A DNA stretch of 63,448 nt, counting the filler, from Octopus bimaculoides (lineage: Eukaryota): the NCBI RefSeq assembly GCF_001194135.2. It is 10 parts of 9 records of this genome, joined end to end, with 100 filler letters (N's around TTAATTAATTAA, not from the genome) between each part and the next. Parts side by side here need not be neighbours in the genome. Positions count along the whole stretch, not along the records: positions 16,608 to 26,238 come from NC_068995.1; positions 26,339 to 28,177 come from NC_068998.1; positions 28,278 to 30,189 come from NC_068983.1; positions 30,290 to 42,560 come from NC_068988.1; 6 more parts are not named here. One strand, written 5' to 3'. This document shows positions 23,814 through 37,454 of this stretch, piece by piece; the stretch's first letter is position 1, and each line of letters starts with the position of its first letter. The notes under the pieces are model-generated. The model made no database searches. It had not been told where the DNA came from and worked only from the letters and a program-made list of their open reading frames with translations. A program made the translations under genes and the position numbers.

Positions 23814-26172
23814 TATTTGATTTGGCTCTATGTAGCATAAAGTTTTGTTGGTTCGTAAACCTAGCCGAATCAAACTGTTATTAAAGTACATAACACCTAC
23901 CAAATGTGCCGAGAGCCACACAAATACAATCGTCACTAAAGTGACTAAGAGCGCTAGTCAGCACCAGCATTGCTAGAAATAAGAGTCAAAACATATGCAA
24001 ACCAAGGCTAATTTAGCTATCTCTCATTAGATTGAGAAAACGATGAATAGCCTTAATCGATTTTCAAATCTTATTGGATTCTCATCAGAGGCGTCTTCAT
24101 TAATAGATGTGTATGTATGTATGTATGTATATATGTATGTATGTATGTATGCATGCATGTATGTATATATGTATGTATATGTGTATGTTTATGTATGTAC
24201 AGACGTGTGTATATGAGTGTGTGTGCCCGTGTAAATGTGAGTGTGAGTGAATGTAAACACCTAGTTCTACATACACACACGCACACAACACACACGCACG
24301 CACAGACACATACACACATACAACTGCTGCATTGACACTAACAACAACCCCTAGAACATAATTCCATAGTTAAGCATACTGTGTGCATTCTTAGTTACAA
24401 TTAGTAAAAACTCAAAATTTTACGTCGGCAGATCTTGGAGTTCTTTAAATCGTAATTGTATTCATAAACGCACTCTTTTCAAAATCACGACTAAAACATT
24501 CATATAAAACATTCATTCGTAAAACAATAGTTAAGTACAATATCATTTTAGATAGAGCATACCTTCAAGAGCAAACCCATTTGAGAAGAATAATAACCCC
24601 TGTGGTGTTTCTCCAATAGAAGCCAACCATATCGTATTTACAGTGAAAGCATTGAGCTAGAAGAAACATCACAAGATATTTTATCGCATGGTCTGACGAT
24701 AGTACTCAGTTCTTACTGCCACCTGGATTTTAATCAAGGATTACAAAACACTTTATGCGTTGTTACAAGCAATGGATTTTTCTTTATTCTACCGATGTGT
24801 CAAACCATGTTCTCAACGGGATAGTGGTTTTAAACTGGTTGTTTACTAGCGGCCATTAAACCCCTGCTAGGACTCAGAAGATTATTGGTTTGTCTCTAAC
24901 ACATTGTCACCGGGCACGACTGTTTCTCCCTTGATCGTTGATGTCAAGTTTCTTTTATTCACCATAACAATTTGTTTAGTTAATGGCCAAGATTTATTAA
25001 TTTTTTTGTATGTTATTTAGTTATAAAACAGCAGCAACTACGTGCAAACACATGTTAATGGAAGATAAAACTGGAGAGATCATAAAGCTTGCTGGGATCG
25101 CGGAGTTTGTTGCAAGCAAAATAAAAGGACTATAAGTAAAGGAACATGAGCAATAACGCTAAAAAATAAAAATGAATTTGTGGCAAGCATCCTGAAACTG
25201 AGTAGGAAGCTGTGTACGAAGAGAACGTGAATTATAGTTAAGAATACGTGTTGCTGTTGCTATATTTTTCTTGTGGCTGATTTAACTCTAAGATATCCCT
25301 GATTGACCAAATCGATTATCAAAGACCTTCAAACAGTGAGCATCCTATCTATTATTCACACACAAGGTATCTGAAACAAAATACACTTCCAATTTTCTAA
25401 ATCTAGAGAGTGATTTGAAAAACCTTCAACTATTGTTTCTAGCAGGTCACACGGTCACTTAGAAGGATTATACACCGGCTTGTAGTAGTCGTAGTAGTAG
25501 TAGTAGTAGTATTACACAACACAAAACAAATTTTGTTATGAAAACAGGCAGTACATCCATACTATGCAAAATTCGCCACAAGAGCAACGGATAAATGATG
25601 GAGTAGTATTAGTAGTACGTGTATCTCCCCATATAAAATAAGCAGAAAAAGCATTCACTATTCATAAAGTGAAATAAATACCCCATTGATAACATAACTT
25701 ATATAGATGCTTGTGTCTATTTAGAAGTGCGGTCAACAAACTGCAATACGGTACGACAAGAGAGTCATCCATATCTTCTTCGTACACATCAAAGCACAGA
25801 AATAATGAGTTTAAATTTTAGATACTTGTCTTAAGGATAGGATTTCTAATATTTACACCTGTTTCAGTCACTCTGATTCACTCTGTTCCGTGTATAACAT
25901 CCATATCTGAATTCACACACGTCCGTCCACACTCATAAAGGCATGCACACATACACGTACGATAGTTACTTTGTAGAAGTATTCAAACAGCTGCGTTAAA
26001 CAACACCGACGTGTTTAATTTTGTCATTTCTGTTCTATTTCTTGATTCCATTTCGTTTTATAAAGTCTTAGAAGTTTTTCGTTTTTGGCCTACATCACCA
26101 ATCGGTCACTAATACAATTCCTCTACTGATATACATATGAGTATATCCACAAGCATAGATATACATACATGC

Positions 26173-26213
<41 letters not shown>

Positions 26214-26741
26214 TGTATACATATATATATGTATACATNNNNNNNNNNNNNNNNNNNNNNNNNNNNNNNNNNNNNNNNNNNNTTAATTAATTAANNNNNN
26301 NNNNNNNNNNNNNNNNNNNNNNNNNNNNNNNNNNNNNNGGGCGATTTAGCTGCTGTTTTAATACTTCCCACGACCACCTGATACCGTTCTCGTTTCTTTG
26401 CTACTCTGACATGTATTAATATTTTTCAATATTTTTCTCTCCATAAACACATTTAATGGAATTATGACGCACCTAAAGATAGTCCGCTGACGGAGTTTAA
26501 GTAAAATATTCGAACTATCTGTATTTTAAACTGATTTTTAAAAAAATGGAAAATTTTAGAATTTATAGAAATGTTTTTTTCATAATCGTATGAATTCCCG
26601 TGTGGAGAATACAAATTCGCAAAAACTTTCTGAAAATTTCCAAAATTAAAAAAACTTATGTGGGGTTATATGGGGTGCTTAAACGAGAATTCCGCCGTCT
26701 TTTGTTGCTTTGATGTGCAGTCTGAACACTTAGAGAAGATG

Positions 26742-26801
26742 TTAAGCCCCCACCTCCACCATCTTTTATCAAACTAAAAGATGGTGAGGGTGGGGGCTTA
26801 A
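26742..26801. repeat. 60-nt hairpin: 27-bp inverted repeat (25/27 Watson-Crick), 6-nt loop, TTAA ends
   Basis: ttaagcccccacctccaccatctttta / taaaagatggtgagggtgggggcttaa. Confidence 0.9.
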
Positions 26802-27321
26802 AGCAGCTGCTTGACCTGCTAGAAAGAACATAACAAACATTCTCTTTAACCTTATTGTTTTAAACTATAAGGATGGGCTATGGTCAACACAACATAGCAG
26901 CGCATACAAACACCCACCAACGCATAGCAACATATGATAAGGTGCAGCAAGCGTACTACTTAAATTTGTTGATCAAATCCATCATTTTCTCGTTAATATG
27001 ACAAATAATTTCATTCTATTGATATTTATGCTGTGGAGTAAACCTAGTTATTTTATCGACATGCAATTCAATATTCATAAATATCAGCTTTGATAATTTT
27101 CCTATGGGAGTGAGATGGTTAGACGTTATTGCTTGAACACAGACGATTTGGCGCGGCTCTCTGGACATGCAGCCTGTTTTGGCTGTTGTAAATTTTGGCA
27201 CTGGAGGGAAACGCATTCACGCACGCACGCAGACACACACACAGACGCACATACAGAAATACATACATATAAAGATAGGTAGACAGATAGATAGACAGAT
27301 AGTTATATATATGTATGTAAT

Positions 27322-27838
27322 TATTTATGACATCTCTCCATCTACTCATAAACTTTTTAACCCCATTAGTGAAAAACTTTTGGTTTCGGAAAGAAGTCTG
27401 AAAAGTCAGTTTCGATTTCCCGAAAGAGCAGTTTCGAGAGTCAATCGATCTAAATGATTCTTTCTGTAAACTACGGAACAAATGGTAATCTGAAGGAGCA
27501 AGGTCTGGAGAATAAGGTAGATGAGCAATTTTCTCCCAGCCAGCTTCTTCGATCTTGTAACATGATCTTTGCAGTGTTGGGGGTCTTGCATTGTCCCAAT
27601 GAAACATTACTCCCTTTCGATTCACTAAAGCAGTCCTTTTTCCTTCAATGCAGTGTTCAAACCCTCTAATTGCTGACAGTAAATTTGAGTATTGATCGTT
27701 ACATTAGTTGGTAGCAACTCAAAGTGGATGACTCCTTTGCAATCTCAGCAAACAGAGAGAAGTACCTTCTTCGCATGGAGTTCCCTTTTCGGTTGTGGTT
27801 GTGCCTTTTCCCCTTCACCAAGCCAATGACTGACGCTT
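27322..27838 (-). mobile_element. Mariner (Tc1/mariner, DD34D) transposase C-terminal fragment, decayed
   Basis: ORF 27119..27625 contains FHWDNARP and LPYSPDLAPSDYHLFRSL. Upstream broken frames give QPQPKRELHAKKVLLS and GVIHFELLP. Confidence 0.92.
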
Positions 27839-27840
27839 AG

Positions 27841-28177
27841 TGTTATGTTTCCCTCGGACTGACTCGCAGAGATAACATAACGAGTTATACAATTTAATTA
27901 TTACATTTATTGTTCAATTACATACAAAGAACGCACTCACCCAATGTTCGTTTCACGGGAGTTTGTGAATGGCCATTGCGTTGCTGATGTTGTTTTTTCC
28001 TACACACCGCTTGCAAATGACCCTTTTTATCACAAAAATGACATTTGGTTTCCCTGAAAGGACAGTCTGTTGCTTTGTGGGCCTTTCCACATCGGTAGCA
28101 TTTCTCCTGGTTTGTGGAATAAGACTGCTGATGTTTCTTTTGAGGACTCTTATTCCTGTTCTGCTGGACCTTGTACA
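27841..28177 (-). mobile_element. Gypsy (Mag-like) LTR retrotransposon remnant: gag zinc knuckles joined to an LTR-like end
   Basis: Open minus frame 28175-27918 translates ...EKCYRCGKAHKATDCPFRETKCHFCDKKGHLQAVCRKK... (CX2CX3HX4C + CX2CX4HX4C). The element ends ...aaacataaca (plus-strand TGTTATG at 27841). Missed by the ORF track because it starts in the gap. Confidence 0.85.
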
Positions 28178-28279
28178 NNNNNNNNNNNNNNNNNNNNNNN
28201 NNNNNNNNNNNNNNNNNNNNNTTAATTAATTAANNNNNNNNNNNNNNNNNNNNNNNNNNNNNNNNNNNNNNNNNNNNTT

Positions 28280-28900
28280 GCATTGTCAATGTTAGTTTTC
28301 ATTCATCATAATTATCATCGTTGTCATCGTCTTCATTATCGTCATCATCATTATCACCGCCATCATCATCAACATCTTTATCCTCTTCATCATTGTTGCT
28401 GTCAATGGTGTCAGCATCGTCATTGTTGTCATGAGTTTGTTATTGTCCTCATCATTATTATCATCATTATCATCATCATCACATCATCAACACCCCCATC
28501 ATCACCATAATCTTCGTCATCGTCATCATCATCATCATCATCACTATCCAATCACTATCTCCACCACTACCACCTCTATATCCACCACCACTACCACCAC
28601 CACCACCATCATCTCTCGTCTTTCTTTTCCTCCTATCTTTCTCGCCTCTTTCTCTCCTTTTCCTCTCTCTCTGACTTTCTATAACCTCATCACCAGAACC
28701 TTACCGCTCTGCTAAAATTATTATGTTCCCTACCTCATGTCATGGATGCTTTTCTCTCCCTCTTTTCCCTCTCCATTTTTTCTCTAACTTTCTCTCTTTT
28801 TCTTTCTCCCTCTTTCTGTCTCGCTCTTCACTTTATGCCCTTTTTCTCCCTCCCTCTTTTTCTCTCTTTCTCTTTTGTTTCTCCCTCTTTTTCTCTAATC
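28280..28900. repeat. (CAT)n/(CAC)n then CT-rich low complexity
   Basis: Directly visible; source of the poly-His ORFs. Confidence 0.9.
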
Positions 28901-30307
28901 ACATGAAAGTGTTACTGATGGGCTAAGTAACACAATAACAAGCAGAATTATTATAGAATACATGAGGTGACTATTTTTATTTGTTATGTTGTAATATGAT
29001 TGATCTAAGTTGGAAATTATTTAAATCAGCAACTTTGATTAGAGAAGTTAATTAATTCAAAAGTTTTAAGATGAAAGAGTAGCAGAGAGAATGTGAATAC
29101 AGTATTCACACATAATGTCAACATGAAAACTGATTGAATAATTGAATAAAAAACACTTACATACAGATTAACAAGGTGTATTGTGGTAATTAAACTTTGA
29201 AAGCAATCATTATGAATGTTTAGCATTTTTTGTTCAAAAAGTTATGAATGTTTTGGGAAAAAATATGAGTGTAACAGTACCATAAATGATAATAAAACAG
29301 ATCGCACAGAGAGACAGGCAAGAAATTTACAGGAATAAAAATAAAGCACAATGTTTACACACTTTACCCCTCATCAGTTGCCAATCAAATACCATCATAA
29401 TTTTGATGTCTTGTCATTTTTCCCCATAAATTTTATTTGTTGTTCATTTGTGCTACCTTTTTGATCCTTGAGCTTTTAGCTTTATAATTTTCTTTTAATA
29501 ACATTAAGGGGGGATATTGCTATACATGTAGGAATATATATTTTAGCAAAAGAATTTAGGAGGAAAATGAAATACACACAACACTCATAAACACATGCCA
29601 TCCCTCATCAGTTGTTAAGCAAATATCATCACACTTCAACACCTTGCAATTTGTTCACAACCATTGGAGCACACACAACTGCAGGTTCATGAGACGGTTG
29701 TGATCTGTAAACAGTTTTAAGTAGGAACCAGAGAGAGAAGTATGAACACACAATGCACATGTGCACACTGGATTCATAAAATATGAGAAATGAATAAAAA
29801 TTCAATTCACATGTTAAGCAAGTTGTATGATGGTCTGCCTGCCATGTCTAACACCACTGTCGTACAGCTTTGCTGCAGTTTTCTTGCATCCGTAAATTTC
29901 TTTGTGATACCTTTTTCATTACTAAAGTTTCGTTTTTATATATTTTAAAGAAATATCATTAAGGTAAGAGATTGTCAAGTAATATATACTGCCATGCGTC
30001 TAGAAATATTCGTTCTGACCCTCTGCCTGAGCTTCAGGCTTCACAGTCTATCTTCACATGTGTCTATGGCAGTACTTCCTTAAAGTCTGATTTCATAACT
30101 TCAAATTCTTGATATAAACAAATAGAAATATACCAAATAAATTGCATCAGAAGTTACATTTATCTAAAAGAGAGAATATGAAGAAATATNNNNNNNNNNN
30201 NNNNNNNNNNNNNNNNNNNNNNNNNNNNNNNNNTTAATTAATTAANNNNNNNNNNNNNNNNNNNNNNNNNNNNNNNNNNNNNNNNNNNNATATATATATA
30301 TATATAT

Positions 30308-30455
30308 ATACGACGGGCTTCTTTCAGTTTCCATCTACTAAATCCACTCAGGCTATAGTAGAAGACACTTGCCCAAGGTGCCACACAGTGAGACTGAACC
30401 CAGAATCGTGTGTTTGGGATGCAAGTTTCTTACAATACACCCATGCCTACACATA
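30308..30455 (-). mobile_element. SINE family B 5' half
   Basis: cgacgggcttctttcagtttccatctactaaatccactc...gctatagtagaagacacttgcccaaggtgccacacagtgagactgaaccc. Confidence 0.85.
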
Positions 30456-30609
30456 TTTGTATATATATACACACACCACACACAAACACACACACACACA
30501 AACATACATATATTTATATGCAGTTAAGTATATGTCTAGCCACAGAGTGACCAATGATTTCACATCCATAAATTGCTTAGCTTTATGGATGACTTGTCAG
30601 ACTAATATT

Positions 30610-30644
<35 letters not shown>

Positions 30645-31020
30645 TATAGTGATATATATACATACACATATACATAAATATGCACATATCATATCTACAA
30701 AGATTTGATAAACTAGTCTATAAATTAAAACTGACCCCATGAAAATAAAAAAAATCAGTGACAGGCAGAGTATGTAACAATGTATATCTTTTTGATAACT
30801 TAGTGACTTCTATGTGGAAGTGGAGACATGTTCTTTGTCTATCTCCATAACTTCTTGGAAGCTTTAGGTATAATTATACTAATGTGTCCATCTGTTCTAA
30901 TTTAATTAAATTCTATGTCTTTGTGCAGCTGAAGATTGCTCTGCATTTTAAATTGATGTAATGATTGCATTGTTCAATTAAATGGAGTTGCATGAAACGA
31001 TCGTACTGCATTACCTCTGG

Positions 31021-31096
31021 ATATCCTTGTTGCTTATTTTGATTTATGCACATATCTATATACATATTTATATATCAAAATAAGCAACAAGGATAT
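31021..31096. repeat. 76-nt hairpin: perfect 23-bp inverted repeat, 30-nt loop
   Basis: atatccttgttgcttattttgat (31021-31043) / atcaaaataagcaacaaggatat (31074-31096). Confidence 0.93.
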
Positions 31097-31207
31097 AATC
31101 ACCTTACTTTGAAATTGTATGGATATACCATACTAAATTCTGGTTCCTAAACTTAAGTACCATATTCACCTGAATCTAAATTTTTACATATTTATATATA
31201 CATATTC

Positions 31208-31262
<55 letters not shown>

Positions 31263-31314
31263 TATATACATATGCATACATATATATGTGTGTGTGTGTA
31301 CATTATATATATAT

Positions 31315-31378
<64 letters not shown>

Positions 31379-32199
31379 TGAGAATTTACAAAAAAAAAAA
31401 GGCGAAGATGGGTGTGTATGTATGCATATACATATATAAATATATACATGCATATATTCTTGTATATAACACTCATTGAGAATGTTTTACATACCTACTC
31501 AAACTGACTGTCTATGTAAACATATTCTCTCTTTCTCCCTCCCACCCTCGTCTCTGTTTAATTCTCCCTCACCATTTCTCTTACTCCACATCTATATTTC
31601 ATTCGTCCTCCATCTCTCTCACTAATGTCTTTTACTCTCACCATCTATTTAGCTCCATCTCTCTCTCTCTCTCTCTCTCTTGCCCTCAACAGGTGTCCTC
31701 TTTAAGCACAGGCAACACACTATCACCACCACTACCACCACCTTCAACTTCCCAAACCCATGTTTGTCAGCTCCACCACCATCACCACCATCACCACCAT
31801 CACCTACTTCAGACAACAACATCACTTTACTCTCCTTACTCCGTGTAATTTCATTCATTCTAATCATATTTTTCTATATTTACAAACAGTCTTATCTCTT
31901 ACAAACGACATTTAATATCATTCATGCTAAAACCACCATCATATATCTGTTCTTTACAGATTTCCTTGCAACAGTTTGTTTTCCTCCAACTTTTATCGTA
32001 TCAACACTTATTGTTATCTTCTCTCATGTCAAACTCTTATTATATCTCACTTCCCACAATATCTGTGACAACGCTTTTCGTTTTTTAATGAATCGAAATT
32101 TTTAATTGTATATTTATTTGTTTGTTTGTTTGCTTGCTTTTTGTATCAGTTTTGATGGGATTTTTTCAAACCATAGAAACTCTTATACCAATGTTGTAT

Positions 32200-32547
32200 A
32201 TTCAGCCGTTGTTAATGGTTGTTGTTGTAATAGTAGTAATAGTAGTTGCTGTTGTTGTTTTAGTAGTAGTAGTAGTAGTAGTTGTTGTTGTAGCAGCAGC
32301 AGCAGAGTAGTAGTAGTTGTTGTTGATGTCGTTGTAGTAGTAGTAGTAGTAACAGCAGCAGCAGTAGTAGTAGTAGTAGTAGTTGTTGTTGTTGATGTCG
32401 TTGTTGTAGTAGTAGTAGTAGTAGTAGTAGTAGTAACAGCAGTAGCAGTAGTAGTAGTAGTAGTAGTAGTAGTAGTNNNNNNNNNNTTGTTGTTGATGTC
32501 GTTGTTGTAGTAGTAGTAGTAGTAGTAGTAGTAGTAACAGCAGTAGC

Positions 32548-32590
<43 letters not shown>

Positions 32591-32665
32591 ACAGCAGCAG
32601 CAGTAGTAGTAGTAGTAGTAGTAGTAACAGCAGTAGCAGCAGCAGCAGCAGTAGTAGCAGTAGCA

Positions 32666-32698
<33 letters not shown>

Positions 32699-32699
32699 A

Positions 32700-32733
<34 letters not shown>

Positions 32734-32798
32734 GGTGGTGATGGTGGTGGTGGTGGCGGCAGTTCTTGTGATATTAGATGTTGCTGTTGTAGTTGTCA

Positions 32799-32838
<40 letters not shown>

Positions 32839-32860
32839 GGTGGTGGTAGTGGCAGCAGCA
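32200..32860. repeat. (GTA)n/(GCA)n/(GTT)n trinucleotide array
   Basis: Directly visible; interrupted by a 10-N gap. Confidence 0.95.
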
Positions 32861-33337
32861 GTTGGTGTTTCACCTCAGGTCAACCCTGATCAAAGAGATA
32901 TGATTAAAGGCATGCCAGCTGTGAATGATTCTATCTTTCAAAGGCTTGCAAGTTTTCATTATCCAATTTTGTCTTCTATTCCTTAACCACATGATGAGGC
33001 AAAGGGAACAACTTGGCCAAGTTGTTAGAGTATCAGAGAGAAAGTCTTGCAGTATCTGTTCCAAATCCTTCTGAGTTCAACTCTGCATGTCATCCTTTTG
33101 AGGTCAATGAATAAACTACGAGTCTGGTGGTTGATTGACTGAATGGTTATGGAGTGATGCCTTATGGTATTGACATTCTAAAGTTCAAATTCCACCTTGT
33201 ATATTTTTGACCATAAGTCCGCTTCATCAGGAATGACCTGGGGTTGAACAATAACTTTGAATATTCAACAATGAAAGTAAGAGTTAACATGGTTTGAAAA
33301 ATTTCCATCCAGTTGATATTAAAGTTTATAAATCTAT

Positions 33338-33720
33338 AGGCACAGGTATGGCTGTGTGGGAAGATGCTTGCTTCCCAACCACATAGTTCCAGGTTCAGTC
33401 CCACTACATAGCACCTCGGGCAAGTGTCTTCTACTATTGCCTTGGGCCAACCAAAGCCTTGTGAGTGGATTTGGTAGATTGAAACTGAAAGAAGCTCATT
33501 GTAATTTTATGTATATATCTAAATGTGTGTACTTTTGTGTCTGTGTTTGTCCCCAACCACCACTTGACAACTGGTGTTGGTGTGTTTATGTATCCGCACT
33601 AGGCTTTAAAAAATAAGTCCTAGGGGCGATTTGCTCAACTTAAAAAATAAAAAACATTGAAGGCAGTGTCCCAGCATAATTACAGTCAAATGACTGAAAT
33701 GGGTATGCAAAAACATTAAA
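33338..33720 (+). mobile_element. SINE family B, full length, CpG-decayed
   Basis: ggcacaggtatggctgtgtgggaagatgcttgcttcccaaccacatagttccaggttcagtccc...gcacctcgggcaagtgtcttctactat...aaggcagtgtcccagcataattacagtcaaatgactgaaat. Confidence 0.85.
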
Positions 33721-34604
33721 TAAACATGATAAAAATTACAAGGTTATTTTATTACATTCTTCTTTATCTTTGAAATTAATTGACACAAAAGCAGAAAACC
33801 TTAACAGAAATATGGAAACAGAAGGGTTAAAATGATCTAAACTAAATTCCATCAAAATTTCATGATAATTTATGCTCCAAATACCAGCATTATAACAATG
33901 AAGTAACTCTGATAAATTTTTAATTTTCAAAATTTATTGAAGACAATGTATTTCAAGAGAAATAGGGTAACAAAATGGTTAAAAAGAAAATAAACCTTGT
34001 AGCATAGATGTTGTGAGAAGTGAGATTTAACATGATTTTGACATGAAAGAAGATTTAATAAGGTGATGAGGTAGAATATGAAAGGGCTATCAGCCAACCG
34101 TGGGAGAATCCTGTTCAATCCACAATCGGCTAATGTGGACAGTTGGGCCTACAACAGCATTGATAAGCTGGCAACAATATGCTGAGTCTTTCATCCAGCA
34201 GTAGATTAATAATGACTGAATAGCAAATGAGGGAGATTTGGCTGCTATTCTCTACAGACCAACTGACCACTTAGAAACTCATTCATGAACTTCATATAGA
34301 CCAGGATGTTCTAAATATATGCTACATAATCATCTGCAACATAAATTTAAAAAAGCCACAGTTTATTAAGTTTATTTATTGTATTGTTAATTTACTGCAA
34401 TTAAATTCACTATTATAAATTAATTGCAAAATGTTTTTTATAACATCGTTTATAACTGTGATAACAAAAAAATGTTTATCTTGATTTTTATTTTGCTCAC
34501 AACTGGAATCAATCTGGGCTGCCAAAGTTCACTAGCTGCTTCTCAGATCTAAGAGGTAAGTAAATGAGGGAGAACTGTGTGGATATTTCAAAAAATGTAA
34601 GCAT

Positions 34605-34745
34605 GACTGTGCAGAAGCTCACTTCATAACTATGAGGTCTCAGGTTCAATCCCACCATACAGCATTTTTTGGCAATTGTTTACTACTGTAACCATGGGTT
34701 GACTAAATCCTTGAGAATGGAAACTGTATGGAAGCCTATCAAAAA
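34605..34745 (+). mobile_element. SINE family B 5' fragment
   Basis: aggtctcaggttcaatccc...ggcaattgtttactactgtaaccatgggttgactaaatccttgag...aaactgtatggaagcc. Confidence 0.6.
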
Positions 34746-35289
34746 TACCATCCCTGTTGTCAGTCAATAGACTTAATTCATCGTCTAGTTTAACCCCCAC
34801 CCCCACCCTACTCGTTTACTAGACCCTTTAGCAGAATCCTTTCTGTGGAAGGCATCAGACCAAACTTCTGGGGTCTGAAAATAATTTGCTTTTTCAAGCT
34901 ACCTGTAGGATTTCCTAAAAAGCAGCATAAACACTGTTCTTCTCTAACTCAGTAACTGAAAAAAATGAAGTAAAACAAAATAAGAAGAGCAAATTATATC
35001 TAGACAGTATTACATGGCCTTCCTCTGTATTCAATTTGATTGAAAGTGTCTTCCATTTACTAAATAACACTATTTTAGACAAAATATTTTTTTCTTTCCT
35101 TATAATATCTGCTTTATTAATAAACATTGTATATTATCATTTAAACAGAGAAAATAATTTTTCCAAAATGTTATCTTAATTTAGCTCATTATCATGATTT
35201 GCTCACTTTGTTCCAATGTTCATGCTAGACTACTTACAGATGGCTACAGGTATTACCAATATTGATTTCTTATATCAGTGCAAGGATGG

Positions 35290-35520
35290 TAATGGTCGAT
35301 TGAATGGGCAGAAGTGAAATCAACTATAGAGAGCAATGGAGGAAATGCTGCTGATATGGACATGTAATGCATCTGAATGATGAGAATTCAGTAAAGAAAG
35401 CACATGTGTTCCATGTAAAAGGAAATTGTGGGAAAGGAAAACCAAGAAAGACATGGGAGAAAGTGGTGATGGTGGTTGTTGAACCTCACAAAAGCGATGA
35501 CAAACAACTGCAACAGGAGT
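35290..35520 (+). mobile_element. RTE-clade LINE 3' fragment
   Basis: Broken translation resembles L.WYGHV.RM...VKK...GKGKPRKTWEKVV, the typical RTE RT C-terminus. Confidence 0.6.
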
Positions 35521-36151
35521 TAAGGAGCAATGCTTTATAAGACTTGTTCAACCATACCCGTCACTGGACGGCACTGACCCCTCACTATTCAATGGTGCAC
35601 TCTCAGATTTACTCCACTTTAGGGATTCCACGTTTGCATTATTACAAACTAGTGCCCATCCAGAATATTCAGAAGCATCCCCAGGCACCAAAGTCTGGCA
35701 ACGGCCCTGTGTCCAACCCATGCAAGTATGGGCAAATAGAGGTAAAATGTTGATTGGAGTGATGCGGAGGCACGGGAGGAAGGAGAGTGACAGTGGTGGG
35801 ACTGGAGATTGGGGTGATTGTGGTGAAGATGATGAAGGTAATGATAATGATTTGATCCAATATATGACTGGTACTTATTTTATCAATCCCAGGAAGATAA
35901 GATCAAGGTTGACACGTGATATTTCAAGTTAGAAGGGAGATAACTGTATACAGTGAGTCATTTTATCCAAATTTCTGCTATTTTTATCTCAAACAGAATA
36001 ATTTATTGATGAAAGAACCTGCAACACTTGGCCAATCACTACACAGTTACTTGATATGTGTGAAGTAATTGCCAAACGTCTCCCAAATCACAGTAGGCAT
36101 GTGATTTGAGAGAGGTTAAAAGGATGCATTTAATAAATCAACCCAACACTA

Positions 36152-36300
36152 AAGGTAGCAAGCTGGCAGAATCATTAGAATGCTGGGCAAAATGCTTAGC
36201 GGCATTTTGTCTATCTATACACTCTGCCATGGTTGACTTCGCCTTTCATCCTTTCAGCATCAATAAAATAAGTACCAGTTATGCAGTGGTGTTGATGAAA
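36152..36300 (+). mobile_element. SINE family A, CpG-decayed
   Basis: aaggtagcaagctggcagaatcattag...ggttgacttcgcctttcatcctttcagcatcaataaaataagtaccag. Confidence 0.8.
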
Positions 36301-36559
36301 TTGCTGGCATTGTGCCAATATTTGTAACCATTAAATTAGCCCTACAGAGGATAGTCATAGTTGGAATCAGTCACTGCTCTATCAGGCTTGAGCATGAGTA
36401 AAATAACAACAACAGCAACAACAATAATTGATTTATACAGAGGCTTCTCTGCCAATTGTTATAACAGTTAAAGGGAGAAATAAATCTACTTTAGACAAAT
36501 ATCTACTGCTTTAAAGATTCCTTGGCACTACACGATGTAATACAATGATGTAATATACA

Positions 36560-36930
36560 ATTTGCAGACATATATGCATGGTTAAGAAGCCATCTTTGCC
36601 ATCACACGGCTTCAGGTCCAGTTTCACTGTGTGGCACCTTGAACAAGTATCTTATAATACTATGGCCTCAAACCAACCAATGCCTTTGGTAGACAGAAAC
36701 TGTGTGGAAGCTATGTACATGTGTTTGTGTTAGTTCTCCAACTACCTGACAATTGGTGTTGGTTTATTTATGTCCTTATAACTTTGCAGTTCAGCAAAAG
36801 AAACTTGTAGAATAAATAACAGACTTAAAAGAAAAAATGTACTGAGGTCAATTGGTTTGACTTAACTCTTTAAAGCAGTGCTCCAGCATGGCTGCAGTCC
36901 ATTGACTGAAACAAATGAAAGCTAAAAGAG
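36560..36930 (+). mobile_element. SINE family B, CpG-decayed
   Basis: ggttaagaagcc...gtggcaccttgaacaagtatctt...ggtagacagaaactgtgtggaagc...aaagcagtgctccagcatggctgcagtccattgactgaaac. Confidence 0.8.
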
Positions 36931-37240
36931 AAAAAAATGGGATCAGTCAAATTAGAATATAAAATGTAGGAAGAATACTGATGTTCTTCCTAATTGAGCA
37001 AAAATTTTGATTGAATGAGATAATTCTTTGACAGTGTCATAGCCGATAATTCTGGCTTATCTCCCACCATTTGAGTTTCAACCTACCATCTACAACATTT
37101 TATCAATGGAAGAACAAATATTTAAAAACTGATGCACATCAATTCTTGGATATTTTCCAAGAGCTAACACCATGTTTGTAGGCTTCATTCACGAAAGTCA
37201 TCCCATAATAATAATAATAATGATGATGATGATGATAATG

Positions 37241-37289
<49 letters not shown>

Positions 37290-37454
37290 TAATAATAGCT
37301 GCAGGAATCACTATTTATTTAAAGAAATCAATCCCTAAAATTCCATTTGAGTTTTCGTTTTCCCTAATTTTTGTTGGTTGGTATTGTTGATGAGTTCTGT
37401 GTCAGCCCTGATCAAGCAGACATACAAACCTTATTCAAAAGAACTGTGCATAAA

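Noticed and set aside
24563-24656. Possible minus-strand exon (LNAFTVNTIWLASIGETPQGLLFFSNGFALE) and nearby VVPGD-containing short ORF
   Set aside because: Plausible splice sites but no phase-compatible partner exon found, and the VVPGD frame stops after a few codons; too weak to call.
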